Shown here: one piece after another, positions 10,264 through 19,906 of the stretch
How the letters are laid out: each line of letters opens with the position of its first letter
Position numbering within the stretch: position 1 is the first letter of the stretch
From: Clostridiales bacterium
GTDB lineage: Bacteria; Bacillota; Clostridia; Peptostreptococcales; Anaerovoracaceae
Direction: 5' to 3'
DNA: 62,349 nt
Assembly: GCA_022775805.1 (NCBI GenBank)
Contig: JALFKB010000102.1
Span: 1-62,349 of the forward strand
Program-made: the position numbers and the translations under genes
Notes under the pieces: generated by a model
Told to the model about the DNA's origin: nothing
Databases searched by the model: none
Seen by the model: the letters and a program-made list of their open reading frames with translations, nothing else

Positions 10264-11151
10264 CTATCGAAGTGCTTCGATAGCCTTTTTCATGTCTTCG
10301 GGCAGGTCAGCCCTGTATTCCGTTTTTTCTCCCGTAATCGGATGGGTGAATGTGAGGGATGCTGCATGAAGAGCCTGACGGCTGATCAACTCTTCATTCT
10401 CTCCTCCATATAGTGTATCCCCCAGTACAGGGTGTCCCATGTGGGACATGTGAACCCTTATCTGATGTGTCCGGCCAGTTTCAAGAAGGAGCTCAACTAA
10501 GGTGTGTTCTCTCAGTCTTTCCAGAACACGGTAGTGGGTAACAGATGGAGAGCCACCCTCCATGACTCCTCTTCGTACATCATCGGGATCCGGTCTTCCT
10601 ATTGGAAGATCCACCGTTCCTTTCTCTTCAGGGATAACTCCTCTGACGATTGCCAGGTATTTTTTGCTCACCTGATTTTTTCTCATCTGATTTGTAATGT
10701 TATTCTGGCAATATGAATTCTTGGCAATAAGGAGAAGTCCTGAGGTGTCCATATCCAGCCTGTTTACAAAACGGATTTTCCATTTTATGCCCCGGGTTTC
10801 CATGTAATGGGTCAGGGCATTTGCAACTGTTCCTGCCGGGTGGCCCTTTGTAGGGTGAACCACCAGGTTCGGCTGCTTGTTTATCAGCATAATGTTATCG
10901 TCCTCAAACACCACATCCAGCGGAATGTTTTCGGGAGGAAAGTGGCTTTCCTCCTCAGGAAGGGTAATGCTAATTACATCCCCGGCCGTCACCTTGTGCC
11001 ATCCTTCGGTCTTTTCCCCGTTTTTCAAGGTGATTTTTTCGCGCTTTATGCGGTTTCTGAGCCTTGCAGAAAAGTCAAAATATGTCCGGACTATATCCCG
11101 AACCTGAAGGCCTTCGTCTTCAATTGTCACTGTATGTCTGAACTCGGTCAT
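10264..11151 (-). CDS. RluA family pseudouridine synthase
   Basis: NKQP...VHP, NRLDMDTSGL, TGRTHQIRVH. Confidence 0.93.
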   Translation of the reverse strand: MTEFRHTVTIEDEGLQVRDIVRTYFDFSARLRNRIKREKITLKNGEKTEGWHKVTAGDVISITLPEEESHFPPENIPLDVVFEDDNIMLINKQPNLVVHPTKGHPAGTVANALTHYMETRGIKWKIRFVNRLDMDTSGLLLIAKNSYCQNNITNQMRKNQVSKKYLAIVRGVIPEEKGTVDLPIGRPDPDDVRRGVMEGGSPSVTHYRVLERLREHTLVELLLETGRTHQIRVHMSHMGHPVLGDTLYGGENEELISRQALHAASLTFTHPITGEKTEYRADLPEDMKKAIEALR

Positions 11152-11954
11152 TAGAGGAACTTATCCTTTACTTTATTCCAGAAGTCATAATTGTTGAAAC
11201 GTATGAGGTTAACATGCTTGTCGGAGGCGGACACTTCAATGCTCTTAACATCGGAGTAGCAGGTTTCTATTCCGTCATTTGTAATGTATATGCGGTTCTC
11301 AGGCTTCTCCGGCACTACTCCGAGGCAGAGATCGTCCGGAAGAAGTATGCTTGAAGTAAACGATCTGTAGGCGGTGGTGTTCATTGGTGCCAGCGGTGTC
11401 ACCTGCAGAAGCTGGAGCCGCGGATCAACTATCGAACCCCCCAGGGAATAGTTGTAGGCAGTGCTGCCTGCCGATGTGGCCACGAGTATGCCGTCTCCGC
11501 TGAACTTCTCAATGGGTTTGCCTCCTATGGAAATATCGAAGTGAACCGAATAGGATTTCCTGCCGGTTATGGTAATCTCGTTAAGACCTGTATGGCTGTT
11601 GATAACTCCGTCGGAAGTTGTGACGGTACACTGAACCGTATTGAGCTTCTGGAGGGAATAGTCTCCCTTCTCGTAATCGCAAATGAACTTGTCAAAATCC
11701 TCCGGCAGAACCTCCTGGAAGAATCCTAGATGGCCTGTGTTTATTCCCACAATTGGTGTACCCGGGAAGTCGCAGTTGTGTATTGTTTCAAGAAAAGCTC
11801 CGTCACCGCCGATACAAATCAGAAGAGTTGCTTCCCCGGAGTATTCGCTCATGACGGTATAGCCTCTGTTTATCAGCTTTCTCGTCAGCAGAGTCTTAAC
11901 ATCTGCAGACAGCTCGGTACCGTTTGTAAAAATTGAAATAATGCCGTTGTTCAT
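11151..11954 (-). CDS. nadK: NAD(+) kinase
   Basis: GGDG, G.LGF, NE, GDG...T..GSTAYN.SLGG. Confidence 0.93.
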   Translation of the reverse strand: MNNGIISIFTNGTELSADVKTLLTRKLINRGYTVMSEYSGEATLLICIGGDGAFLETIHNCDFPGTPIVGINTGHLGFFQEVLPEDFDKFICDYEKGDYSLQKLNTVQCTVTTSDGVINSHTGLNEITITGRKSYSVHFDISIGGKPIEKFSGDGILVATSAGSTAYNYSLGGSIVDPRLQLLQVTPLAPMNTTAYRSFTSSILLPDDLCLGVVPEKPENRIYITNDGIETCYSDVKSIEVSASDKHVNLIRFNNYDFWNKVKDKFL

Positions 11955-13760
11955 CTATTTCACCAGTTCCTCAAATTCATCGAGTATGGACTCGAATTTT
12001 CTCATTGCAGCCTTTATCGGTTCCGGACTTCCCATGTCCACTCCAGCAATTTTCAGAAGCTCGATAGGGTAGTCAGATTCCCCGGTTTTAAGGAATTCAA
12101 TGTAATCCTCAGCAGCGGTTTTGCCCTGGGAGAGTATCCTGCTGCTGATTGCAGTTGCGGCTGAGTAACCCGTAGCGTACTTGTACACATAGAAGGCGTT
12201 GTAGAAGTGAGGTATTCTTGCCCATTCGTACCTGATTACATCATCCCGCTCCACAGCCGGACCATAATACTTGTCATTGAGTGCCTGGTATTCGTCGCAC
12301 ATCCAGTCACCGGTAAGCACCTGACCCTCCTCAATTGCTCTGTGGGTTATGTCCTCAAACTCCGCAAACATCGTCTGCCTGAAAAGAGTGGTTCTGAATT
12401 CCTCAAGATGAAGATTCAGCAGATATTTCCTCATTTCAGGATCACCCTCATTCTCAAGGAGGTAGTTCATGAGAAGAGCCTCGTTTACAGTTGAGGCAAC
12501 CTCTGCGGTGAAAATGGAATGACCTCCGTAAACGTAAGGCTGTGTCTGCCTCGTATAAGTGGAGTGCATTGAATGACCCATTTCATGAATGATTGTGAAA
12601 ACATCCTTGAGAGTATCCGTGTAATTAAGAAGAATATAAGGATAGCTGTCATAGCAGCCGAAGCTGTAGGCTCCGCTGGTCTTGCCCTTGTTTTCATACA
12701 CATCCATCCAGCCCTCACTTATTCCCTTGTTCATCTTTTCGATGTATTCTGCACCAAGGGGAACAAGAGCCTTTCTTATAATATCAAGACCCTCCTCAAA
12801 GGAGATGTGCTTTTCGGGAATAGAGATAAGGGGAACATACATATCGTACATGTACAGCTTATCCAGACCCAGAAGCTCTTTGCGAAGAGCGGTATATCTG
12901 TGAAGCAAAGGCAGACTGTCGTTTACCACAGCCACCAGATTGTCATACACCTGTGCAGGAATGTTGTCGCCGGAAAGGGCGGCAGCTCTGGCTGATTCGT
13001 GTTTTCTGATTCTGGCACCTACAACATCTGTCTTGGTATTGTAATTGTAGGCAGTAGAGATGGTATTTATCATGCCCTTGTAGCCGTCGTACATGGCGTT
13101 GTAGGCCTCTTTGCGAACATCTCTGTTATAACCCTCCATGAACTTTATGTAGTTCCCGTGGGTCAGTTCAACAGAATCACCGTCTGAATCGGTTATCTTG
13201 CCGAACTTGAGATCCGCGTTGTTCAGCATGGTGAAAATATCATTTGTTGCCCCGGTTATTTCTCCCATCTGAGCCATGAGAGTTTCCTCAGCTGATGACA
13301 GAACGTGCTTCTTCTGTCTCAGAGCATCTTTAATAACAAACTCGTAGGTGTCAAGTCCCGGGGTTTCTTCCGTGTATTTCAGAAGCACAGCCTCATCGGC
13401 AGCCAGAAGCTCCGGTGTGAAGAAGGACATTGCGGCACCGACTGCGGCAATCACCGATACGGCCTTGTCGGTCATGCCCTGGTATTTGCTGCTGCCGTTA
13501 TCCTCATCCCGCTTCATGTGGGCATAAACATAAATCTTTTCAAGCCTTCTCCATATGCTGTCCTTTTCTTCAAAGGCAGCAAGGAGGGTTTCTCCGCTGT
13601 CTGCAAGATGGCCTGAGAACCTTTCGGTGTATGCCCGGGCAGCATCTTTTATTTTTTCAAGCTCACCGTCTATTATTCCTTCATCAGGCATCATTGCCTC
13701 AATGTTCCACTTGTATCTGCTGTCAATCTGATCCCTTGTTTTAAGCTCCTTTGATCCCAT
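11955..13760 (-). CDS. pepF: Oligoendopeptidase F
   Basis: HEMGHSMH, GKTSGAYS, AEVAS, WARIPHFY. ATG 13760 follows GGAGG. Confidence 0.96.
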   Translation of the reverse strand: MGSKELKTRDQIDSRYKWNIEAMMPDEGIIDGELEKIKDAARAYTERFSGHLADSGETLLAAFEEKDSIWRRLEKIYVYAHMKRDEDNGSSKYQGMTDKAVSVIAAVGAAMSFFTPELLAADEAVLLKYTEETPGLDTYEFVIKDALRQKKHVLSSAEETLMAQMGEITGATNDIFTMLNNADLKFGKITDSDGDSVELTHGNYIKFMEGYNRDVRKEAYNAMYDGYKGMINTISTAYNYNTKTDVVGARIRKHESARAAALSGDNIPAQVYDNLVAVVNDSLPLLHRYTALRKELLGLDKLYMYDMYVPLISIPEKHISFEEGLDIIRKALVPLGAEYIEKMNKGISEGWMDVYENKGKTSGAYSFGCYDSYPYILLNYTDTLKDVFTIIHEMGHSMHSTYTRQTQPYVYGGHSIFTAEVASTVNEALLMNYLLENEGDPEMRKYLLNLHLEEFRTTLFRQTMFAEFEDITHRAIEEGQVLTGDWMCDEYQALNDKYYGPAVERDDVIRYEWARIPHFYNAFYVYKYATGYSAATAISSRILSQGKTAAEDYIEFLKTGESDYPIELLKIAGVDMGSPEPIKAAMRKFESILDEFEELVK

Positions 13761-13778
13761 TTTCGCCTCCGTTATCAA

Positions 13779-13826
13779 TTTACTTTGTTTTCGATATATT
13801 GTATAATAACAAAGTTAATTATTCAA
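13779..13826. promoter_or_regulatory. Overlapping divergent sigma-A promoters (murI +, pepF -)
   Basis: + strand TTTACT-17-TATAAT (13779-13807). - strand TTGAAT-17-TACAAT (13826-13798). Confidence 0.55.
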
Positions 13827-13848
13827 TAATTGAAGGGACTTTTGGCAT

Positions 13849-14679
13849 ATGGACAACAGACCTATCGGTTTTTTCGATTCGGGACTTGGGGGACTGACCT
13901 GCATACCATACCTGATGAGAGAACTTCCAAGGGAAAAGATTATATATTTCGGAGATACAGCACGGACTCCATACGGTTCCAAGGCAATAGGAACCATAAG
14001 AAATTTCAGCAGGGAAATAGCTGATTTTCTTGTTAAATCCGATGTCAAGATGATTGTGATTGCCTGCAACACGGTAAGTGCAACCTGCATGGAGGATCTT
14101 CAGAAGAGATTTCCTGATATTCCTATAATCGGCATCATCGAGCCTGCGGCAAAGAAAGCCGCCGAAACCTGCAAGACAAACAGCAATCTGGGAATTATCG
14201 GCACCAAGGTTACCATTGGTGCCCACGCTTACAGGGATACCATCAGCAAATACAACAGCTTTCTGAACATATTCGAGCACCCCTGTCCTGCCTTTGTGCC
14301 TCTCATTGAAGAGGGCATCATAGACAACGAGATTATGGATCTGACAATAAGGTATTACATGGATAGCTTCGTCAGGGATAACAAACTTGACACGGTAATA
14401 CTGGGATGTACCCATTATCCTCTGATAAAGGAAAACATAACCAGGCTTTATCCCCACCTTACTGTAATAAATCCTTCAAGCATTGTGGTAAGCAGAATTC
14501 ACCATGTGCTGGAGGACAACGACATGCTGGCTGAAGACTCGGAATTCACAAATGTATTCTATGCCAGCGACTTAAGCGAGAATTTCCTCAACATGATTGA
14601 TCACATATTCGCAGATGAGGAGGAGGACAAGAAAGTAAAGTTTCTCAATTTTGATTTCGAAAAGGATAACATGAAATGA
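13849..14679 (+). CDS. murI: Glutamate racemase
   Basis: FDSGLGGL, PYGSK, IACNT, LGCTHYP. Confidence 0.97.
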   Translation: MDNRPIGFFDSGLGGLTCIPYLMRELPREKIIYFGDTARTPYGSKAIGTIRNFSREIADFLVKSDVKMIVIACNTVSATCMEDLQKRFPDIPIIGIIEPAAKKAAETCKTNSNLGIIGTKVTIGAHAYRDTISKYNSFLNIFEHPCPAFVPLIEEGIIDNEIMDLTIRYYMDSFVRDNKLDTVILGCTHYPLIKENITRLYPHLTVINPSSIVVSRIHHVLEDNDMLAEDSEFTNVFYASDLSENFLNMIDHIFADEEEDKKVKFLNFDFEKDNMK

Positions 14680-15221
14680 ACTACGAAGAACTTTTGAACT
14701 ACCTTGATATAGAAGATCCTGCCGAATTCGAGTATTTCGAGGCCATGGCAGATTTGGTGGAATGCGATGAATACATTGAACAGGAAGCACTGTTCGAAGT
14801 ATTCGCAAAGGCAGACAAAGAGATGCTTTCCGGCCTGCTGGATGAATACTTTGAAGAGATAACCGACGGACTGCCCGATGATTCAGATGACATGTATACA
14901 CTGCTTGATCAGATCAGGCTGTGTCTCACGGGACTTTCGGCAAACGCTGAGGATGAGGGAGACATCAGAATGCTTACCGATGAGTTTAACAGGTTCAGAA
15001 CCTGGTACTCCTTTGAATCCCAGGTAGAATTAAGTCCCGAGGACGGGGGCTACGGTGATACGGTCTGTCTGAGAGATGCCATTACCTCAGCCAGGATAGA
15101 AAAGCTGGGTGGAGAAAAATACAGATATGACTTTAACAGTGCTCTGGATTACGAAATAGACAGCTACACAATGTCATTCGCAGAGCTGGCAGCAATTGAG
15201 GAATATGAAGATGAGCAGTAA
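14676..15221 (+). CDS. Hypothetical, highly acidic protein
   Basis: 181-aa ORF with ATGA overlap with murI; co-oriented in the operon; no family recognised. Confidence 0.8.
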   Translation: MNYEELLNYLDIEDPAEFEYFEAMADLVECDEYIEQEALFEVFAKADKEMLSGLLDEYFEEITDGLPDDSDDMYTLLDQIRLCLTGLSANAEDEGDIRMLTDEFNRFRTWYSFESQVELSPEDGGYGDTVCLRDAITSARIEKLGGEKYRYDFNSALDYEIDSYTMSFAELAAIEEYEDEQ

Positions 15222-16128
15222 ACCATTTGGCAGCGACTACGACAGATTTGAATTTCCATGCAGAATAGATAGAGTAACTGCCGGTCACGGAGGTGAGGCC
15301 CTCCTCATTCTTGGAAGTGAGAAGAATGCCCTGCTGGACTGCGGCATGGCTTACTGCGGACCTAAAACGGTAAACAACATTCTCAAGGCATGCAGCAGCC
15401 TCGATTACATTCTTCTCAGCCATTCCCATTACGATCACATAGGTGCGCTTCCTTATATACGGGAAGCATTTCCACAGGCGGTGGTGTGCGGAAGCGAGAA
15501 GTGCAGCCGAGTCCTGCCGCGGGAAAACGCCCACAGGCTCATGAAGGAGCTGGGAACTGCGGCTCGGGATCTCTACGACCCCGACAGTGCCGAGGAAATC
15601 AGAACAGACGGTCTCAGTGTGGACCGTGTTCTGAAAGATGGGGATGTTATCAGTCTGGGCAGAGAAACCATTACAGCTTATGAGACAAAGGGACACACCG
15701 ACTGTTCCATGAGCTACATGCTGGAGCCTGTAAGACTTCTGTTTACAAGCGAAAGCACCGGGATTCTGGAGGGTGAGAATTACATCCATACACCTCTTCT
15801 CAAGAGCTTTTCCCAGGGACTGGAGTCCCTTGAAAAGTGCAGGAGGCTGAATCCGGAATACATCTGTCTGCCTCATTTCGGCATGCTGCCGGCAGCCTTT
15901 AACAGCAAGTACTTTGAGATGTTCGAACAGGAATGTGATTCCAAAGCCGGCTTTGTCCGGGAAATGGTGTCAGAGGGTCTGAGCCGGGAAGAGATGTTAA
16001 AACAATACATTAAGAGGTACTGGAAACCTGAAAAGCTGGAAGAGCAGCCCTTTGAGGCTTTTGAAATAAATTCGGGACACATACTGGATGCCCTGATAAG
16101 GTATATAGGAGAGTCAGAAAATGTTTGA
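15211..16128 (+). CDS. MBL-fold metallo-hydrolase
   Basis: LLDCG, HSHYDH, GHT, PH.G. Start chosen by RBS spacing. Confidence 0.88.
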   Translation: MSSKPFGSDYDRFEFPCRIDRVTAGHGGEALLILGSEKNALLDCGMAYCGPKTVNNILKACSSLDYILLSHSHYDHIGALPYIREAFPQAVVCGSEKCSRVLPRENAHRLMKELGTAARDLYDPDSAEEIRTDGLSVDRVLKDGDVISLGRETITAYETKGHTDCSMSYMLEPVRLLFTSESTGILEGENYIHTPLLKSFSQGLESLEKCRRLNPEYICLPHFGMLPAAFNSKYFEMFEQECDSKAGFVREMVSEGLSREEMLKQYIKRYWKPEKLEEQPFEAFEINSGHILDALIRYIGESENV

Positions 16129-16867
16129 TGCAGAAAAAACAAAAAACGATATTGTGAACTGGATAAGAGAATGGTTCAGAGAGAACGGTGAAGGATGCAG
16201 AGCTGTAATCGGAATTTCAGGAGGAAAGGACAGCTCCGTTGTTGCGGCTCTTTGCGCTGAGGCCCTGGGCAAGGATAGAGTGCTTGGTGTCATGATGCCA
16301 AGAGGGGAACAGTTTGACATAGATGTTTCCCGGGCCCTTATAAAACACCTGGGAATTGAAGGAATTACCGTTAACGTGGAGGAAGCCTGCAACGCAGTGG
16401 AAAAGCAGGTACAGGAAGTTTTCGGAGAGATTTCGGTTCAGACAAAGACAAACATTCCGCCTCGGGTAAGAATGACAATGCTTTATGCTGTCTGCCAGAC
16501 TGTGGGAGGCAGAGTTGCCAACACCTGCAATCTTTCAGAGGATTATGTTGGTTACAATACGATTTTCGGAGACAATGCTGGGGATTTCAGCCCTCTGTCA
16601 AGGCTTACGGTTCAGGAGGTTAAAGCTGTGGGAAGAGCTCTTGGCCTTCCTTCAATGTTTGTGGACAAGGTGCCTATTGACGGACTTCAGGGAAAAACTG
16701 ATGAGGATAATCTGGGCTTTACATACGCAGTTCTGGACAGATACATACGCACCGGTGTGTGTGATGATCCTGCCGACAAGGAGAAAATCGACAGAAAGCA
16801 CAGAACAAATCTGTTCAAGCTGAAGCCTATGCCTACTTTTGAATACGAGGGGGAAATACATGAGTAA
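16121..16867 (+). CDS. nadE: NH3-dependent NAD(+) synthetase
   Basis: GISGGKDSS, N..PRVRM..LY, TCNLSE..VGY.T.FGD, TDEDNLG. No glutaminase domain. Confidence 0.94.
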   Translation: MFDAEKTKNDIVNWIREWFRENGEGCRAVIGISGGKDSSVVAALCAEALGKDRVLGVMMPRGEQFDIDVSRALIKHLGIEGITVNVEEACNAVEKQVQEVFGEISVQTKTNIPPRVRMTMLYAVCQTVGGRVANTCNLSEDYVGYNTIFGDNAGDFSPLSRLTVQEVKAVGRALGLPSMFVDKVPIDGLQGKTDEDNLGFTYAVLDRYIRTGVCDDPADKEKIDRKHRTNLFKLKPMPTFEYEGEIHE

Positions 16868-17102
16868 CGGAATCACTAAGGAAATGATTGACAGAATAAA
16901 TCAGCTGGCTGCAAAGAAAAAGGCAGAGGGGCTGAATGAAGATGAAATCAATGAGCAGAAAGCTCTGTATAAAGAATATCTGGCCGCTATCAGAGGACAG
17001 GTAAGGGCAAATCTTGAGAGGGTAAGATTTGTTGAGGACATGACAGAAGAAGAGCTAATGGAAGAAGAAGTAATTATTGAAGAGACAACAAAGGTAAATT
17101 AA
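16860..17102 (+). CDS. DUF896 (YnzC-like) small protein
   Basis: MIDRINQLAAKKKAEGL...EQKAL..EYL..IR. Confidence 0.85.
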   Translation: MSNGITKEMIDRINQLAAKKKAEGLNEDEINEQKALYKEYLAAIRGQVRANLERVRFVEDMTEEELMEEEVIIEETTKVN

Positions 17103-17111
17103 GTTAGGCTA

Positions 17112-17140
17112 TTGCAAAGGCATGATTTTAAGTGTAAAAT
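17112..17140 (+). promoter_or_regulatory. Sigma-A promoter for the nifS operon
   Basis: TTGCAA-17-TAAAAT. Confidence 0.6.
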
Positions 17141-17189
17141 GTATTTAGACCTAATTAGTATAGATTAAGTAAAGGAGATGTTGCATAAC

Positions 17190-18365
17190 ATGAAAAACGT
17201 ATATATGGACTATTCAGCCACAACTCCCGTAAAACAGGAAGTTGCGGAGGCGATGATACCATATTTTACTGAAATATTCGGAAACCCTTCTACTCTCTAC
17301 GGTCCCGGACTTAAGGCTAAGGAGGGACTGGAAAATGCCCGCTGCCAGGTGGCGGGTCTTATCGGAGCCGAGCCGAGGGAGATATTTTTCACCAGCTGCG
17401 GAACTGAAGCTGATAACTGGGTTCTTGAGGGTGTTGCCGATGCTTTCAGCAAGAAAGGTAATCACATAATAACAACAAAGATTGAACATCACGCTATACT
17501 TCATACCTGCCAGTATCTTGAAAAGCACGGAATTGAAGTTACGTACCTTGACGTCGACAGTGAAGGCTTTGTTGATCCGGCAGATTTCGAAGCCGCAATC
17601 AGGAGCACTACAATACTTGCTTCCATCATGATGGTTAACAATGAAATAGGCACACTGCAGCCAATTAAAGAACTTGCGGCAATTGCAAAGGCCCACGGCA
17701 TTCTCTTTCATACAGATGCCGTTCAGGCTCTGGGCAACTTTCCTATTGATGTGAATGACCTTGGGGTAGATTTCATTTCAATGTCGGCTCACAAGATTTA
17801 CGGTCCTAAGGGAGTCGGCGCTCTCTATAAGAGGGCAGGCATACAGATTCCGAGCTTCGTACACGGCGGGGCACAGGAAAGAAAAAAAAGAGCCGGAACT
17901 GAAAACACCGCCGGTATCGTGGGATTCGGCAAGGCTGCTGAACTTGCGGGAAAAAATCTCGAAGAACACCACCGCCATGCGGATTCTTTGAGAAGAATGC
18001 TCTGGGACAGATTGAGCAGTGAGGTTCCAGATGTAAGCCTGAACGGACCTGCAGACTTTACCAGAAGACATCCCGGTAATCTGAACGTGTCCTTCTCATA
18101 TGTTGAGGGAGAGGCTATTCTGCTGCTTCTGGACAGCTTCGGCATAAGTGTTACAACCGGATCTGCATGTTCGTCGGGATCCCTTGGAACTTCCCACGTG
18201 CTGAATGCGATAGATGTACCTGTTACAAGGGCTAACGGTGCAATAAGATTTACAACCGGGGATTTTACAACAGAAGAGGATATAGAATACGTAGTTGAAA
18301 CAGTTAAGAAGGTTATCGGAAGGCTTAGAGAGCTTTCGCCGGTAACCGGAGAGGAAGGATGGTAA
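17190..18365 (+). CDS. nifS: Cysteine desulfurase (NifS/IscS type)
   Basis: YMDYSATTP, HTDAVQ, SAHKIYGPKG (PLP Lys), GSACSS. Start could be 17178. Confidence 0.95.
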   Translation: MKNVYMDYSATTPVKQEVAEAMIPYFTEIFGNPSTLYGPGLKAKEGLENARCQVAGLIGAEPREIFFTSCGTEADNWVLEGVADAFSKKGNHIITTKIEHHAILHTCQYLEKHGIEVTYLDVDSEGFVDPADFEAAIRSTTILASIMMVNNEIGTLQPIKELAAIAKAHGILFHTDAVQALGNFPIDVNDLGVDFISMSAHKIYGPKGVGALYKRAGIQIPSFVHGGAQERKKRAGTENTAGIVGFGKAAELAGKNLEEHHRHADSLRRMLWDRLSSEVPDVSLNGPADFTRRHPGNLNVSFSYVEGEAILLLLDSFGISVTTGSACSSGSLGTSHVLNAIDVPVTRANGAIRFTTGDFTTEEDIEYVVETVKKVIGRLRELSPVTGEEGW

Positions 18366-18369
18366 AAAC

Positions 18370-18840
18370 ATGGCTTTATATAACGATACAGTAATGGAGC
18401 ATTTCATGAATCCCCACAATGTGGGTGAAATTGAAAATGCAGACGGTAAGGGTATATACGGAAGTCCGGTGTGCGGTGACATGATGCAGATTACGCTGTC
18501 AGTCGATGAGAATGAAGTTATAACTGACGCCAAATTCAAAACCTTCGGCTGCGGCAGTGCCATCGCATCATCAAGCATGGCAACAGACATGATAAAGGGA
18601 ATGACTGTTGAGCAGGCACTGGAGCTGAGCAATGAGAAAATCGTAGAGGAGCTTGGAGGTCTTCCTGCAATAAAGATCCACTGTTCTGTTCTGGCTGAGC
18701 ATGCTATCAAGAATGCAATTTATGACTATGCTCAGAGACACGGCAAGGAGTATGCAGGTCTGGAAGGATATGATCCAAACGCAGAACACCATGACGACTG
18801 TGAAGATGGTGAGGATGGATGCGCAAGCTGTGAAAACTGA
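18370..18840 (+). CDS. nifU: Fe-S scaffold NifU/IscU with Cys/His-rich tail
   Basis: HFMNPHNVG, PVCGD, FGCGSAIASSS, LP..KIHCS. Confidence 0.94.
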   Translation: MALYNDTVMEHFMNPHNVGEIENADGKGIYGSPVCGDMMQITLSVDENEVITDAKFKTFGCGSAIASSSMATDMIKGMTVEQALELSNEKIVEELGGLPAIKIHCSVLAEHAIKNAIYDYAQRHGKEYAGLEGYDPNAEHHDDCEDGEDGCASCEN

Positions 18841-19906
18841 TAATTTAGATAAAAACAAAGTAATACTCGGACTCAGCGGTGGTGTGGACAGCACCGCCGC
18901 TGCTTTGGTTTTAAAGGAACAGGGCTATCACGTTACCGGCCTTTATTTTAATGTGCTGGGCAGCTATTGCAGAAATCATGAGGAGAATATCAAAGCAGGA
19001 CGGGAAAAAGCTGAGCGGACTGCCCGGCAGCTTGGAATAGACCTGATTTATGCAGATGTATCCCGGGATTTTGATGAGAAGGTGGTGCTGCCTTTCTGCA
19101 GGGCATACATGTCAGGAAGGACGCCTAATCCCTGTGTTCTGTGCAATCCTGCGGTGAAATTCAAAACCCTGATAGATGCTGCCAACGAAGGGGGAGCCTA
19201 TCATATCGCCACGGGACACTATGCAGGGACTTATTATGATGCAAAGGCTGACACCTGGTTTATAAGAAAATCAGCAAATTCAGCCAAGGATCAGTCTTAC
19301 ATGCTCTACAGGCTTAACCGGGAACAGATATCACGGCTCATTCTGCCCCTTGAGCAGTTTGCTGACAAGGAGGATGTCAGGGCTTTGGCAAGGGCTGCGG
19401 GAACCGACAATGCAGACAGGGTGGACAGCCAGGAAATCTGCTTTGTTGACAGCAGCGACACATACCTTGATTTTCTTAAGCGAAGAGGTTTCAGCTCTCC
19501 GGAGGGGGATTTCGTAGACTCAGAGGGAAATGTTCTGGGAAGGCACAAGGGAATAAGCAGGTACACAATAGGTCAGAGAAAGGGGCTGGGGATAGCCCTG
19601 GGCAAGCCTGCCTTTGTAACAGAAATCGACGAAAGGAAGAACAGGGTGGTATTAGGTGATAACAGGGAGCTGTTCAGAAAAACCGTTATATCAACCGAAA
19701 ATATATTATGTAAACAAGTGAGCAGTGTTAAGGCAAAAATCCGTTACGCTGCTTCTCCGTCTGATGCTGCACTTGAATTTAACGAAGACGGCACAGTGAC
19801 TGCGGTTTTCACTGAACCTCAGAGGGCGGCAACACCGGGGCAATCCATTGTATTCTATGAGGATGATCTTGTTATCGGCGGTGGAATTATCAAAGAGGTG
19901 AAATGA
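18815..19906 (+). CDS. mnmA: tRNA 2-thiouridine(34) synthase
   Basis: SGGVDS, TPNPCVLCN, ATGHYA, KDQSY, SQEICF, TIGQRKGLG, TPGQ. Exact start uncertain (18806-18830). Confidence 0.95.
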   Translation: MDAQAVKTDNLDKNKVILGLSGGVDSTAAALVLKEQGYHVTGLYFNVLGSYCRNHEENIKAGREKAERTARQLGIDLIYADVSRDFDEKVVLPFCRAYMSGRTPNPCVLCNPAVKFKTLIDAANEGGAYHIATGHYAGTYYDAKADTWFIRKSANSAKDQSYMLYRLNREQISRLILPLEQFADKEDVRALARAAGTDNADRVDSQEICFVDSSDTYLDFLKRRGFSSPEGDFVDSEGNVLGRHKGISRYTIGQRKGLGIALGKPAFVTEIDERKNRVVLGDNRELFRKTVISTENILCKQVSSVKAKIRYAASPSDAALEFNEDGTVTAVFTEPQRAATPGQSIVFYEDDLVIGGGIIKEVK

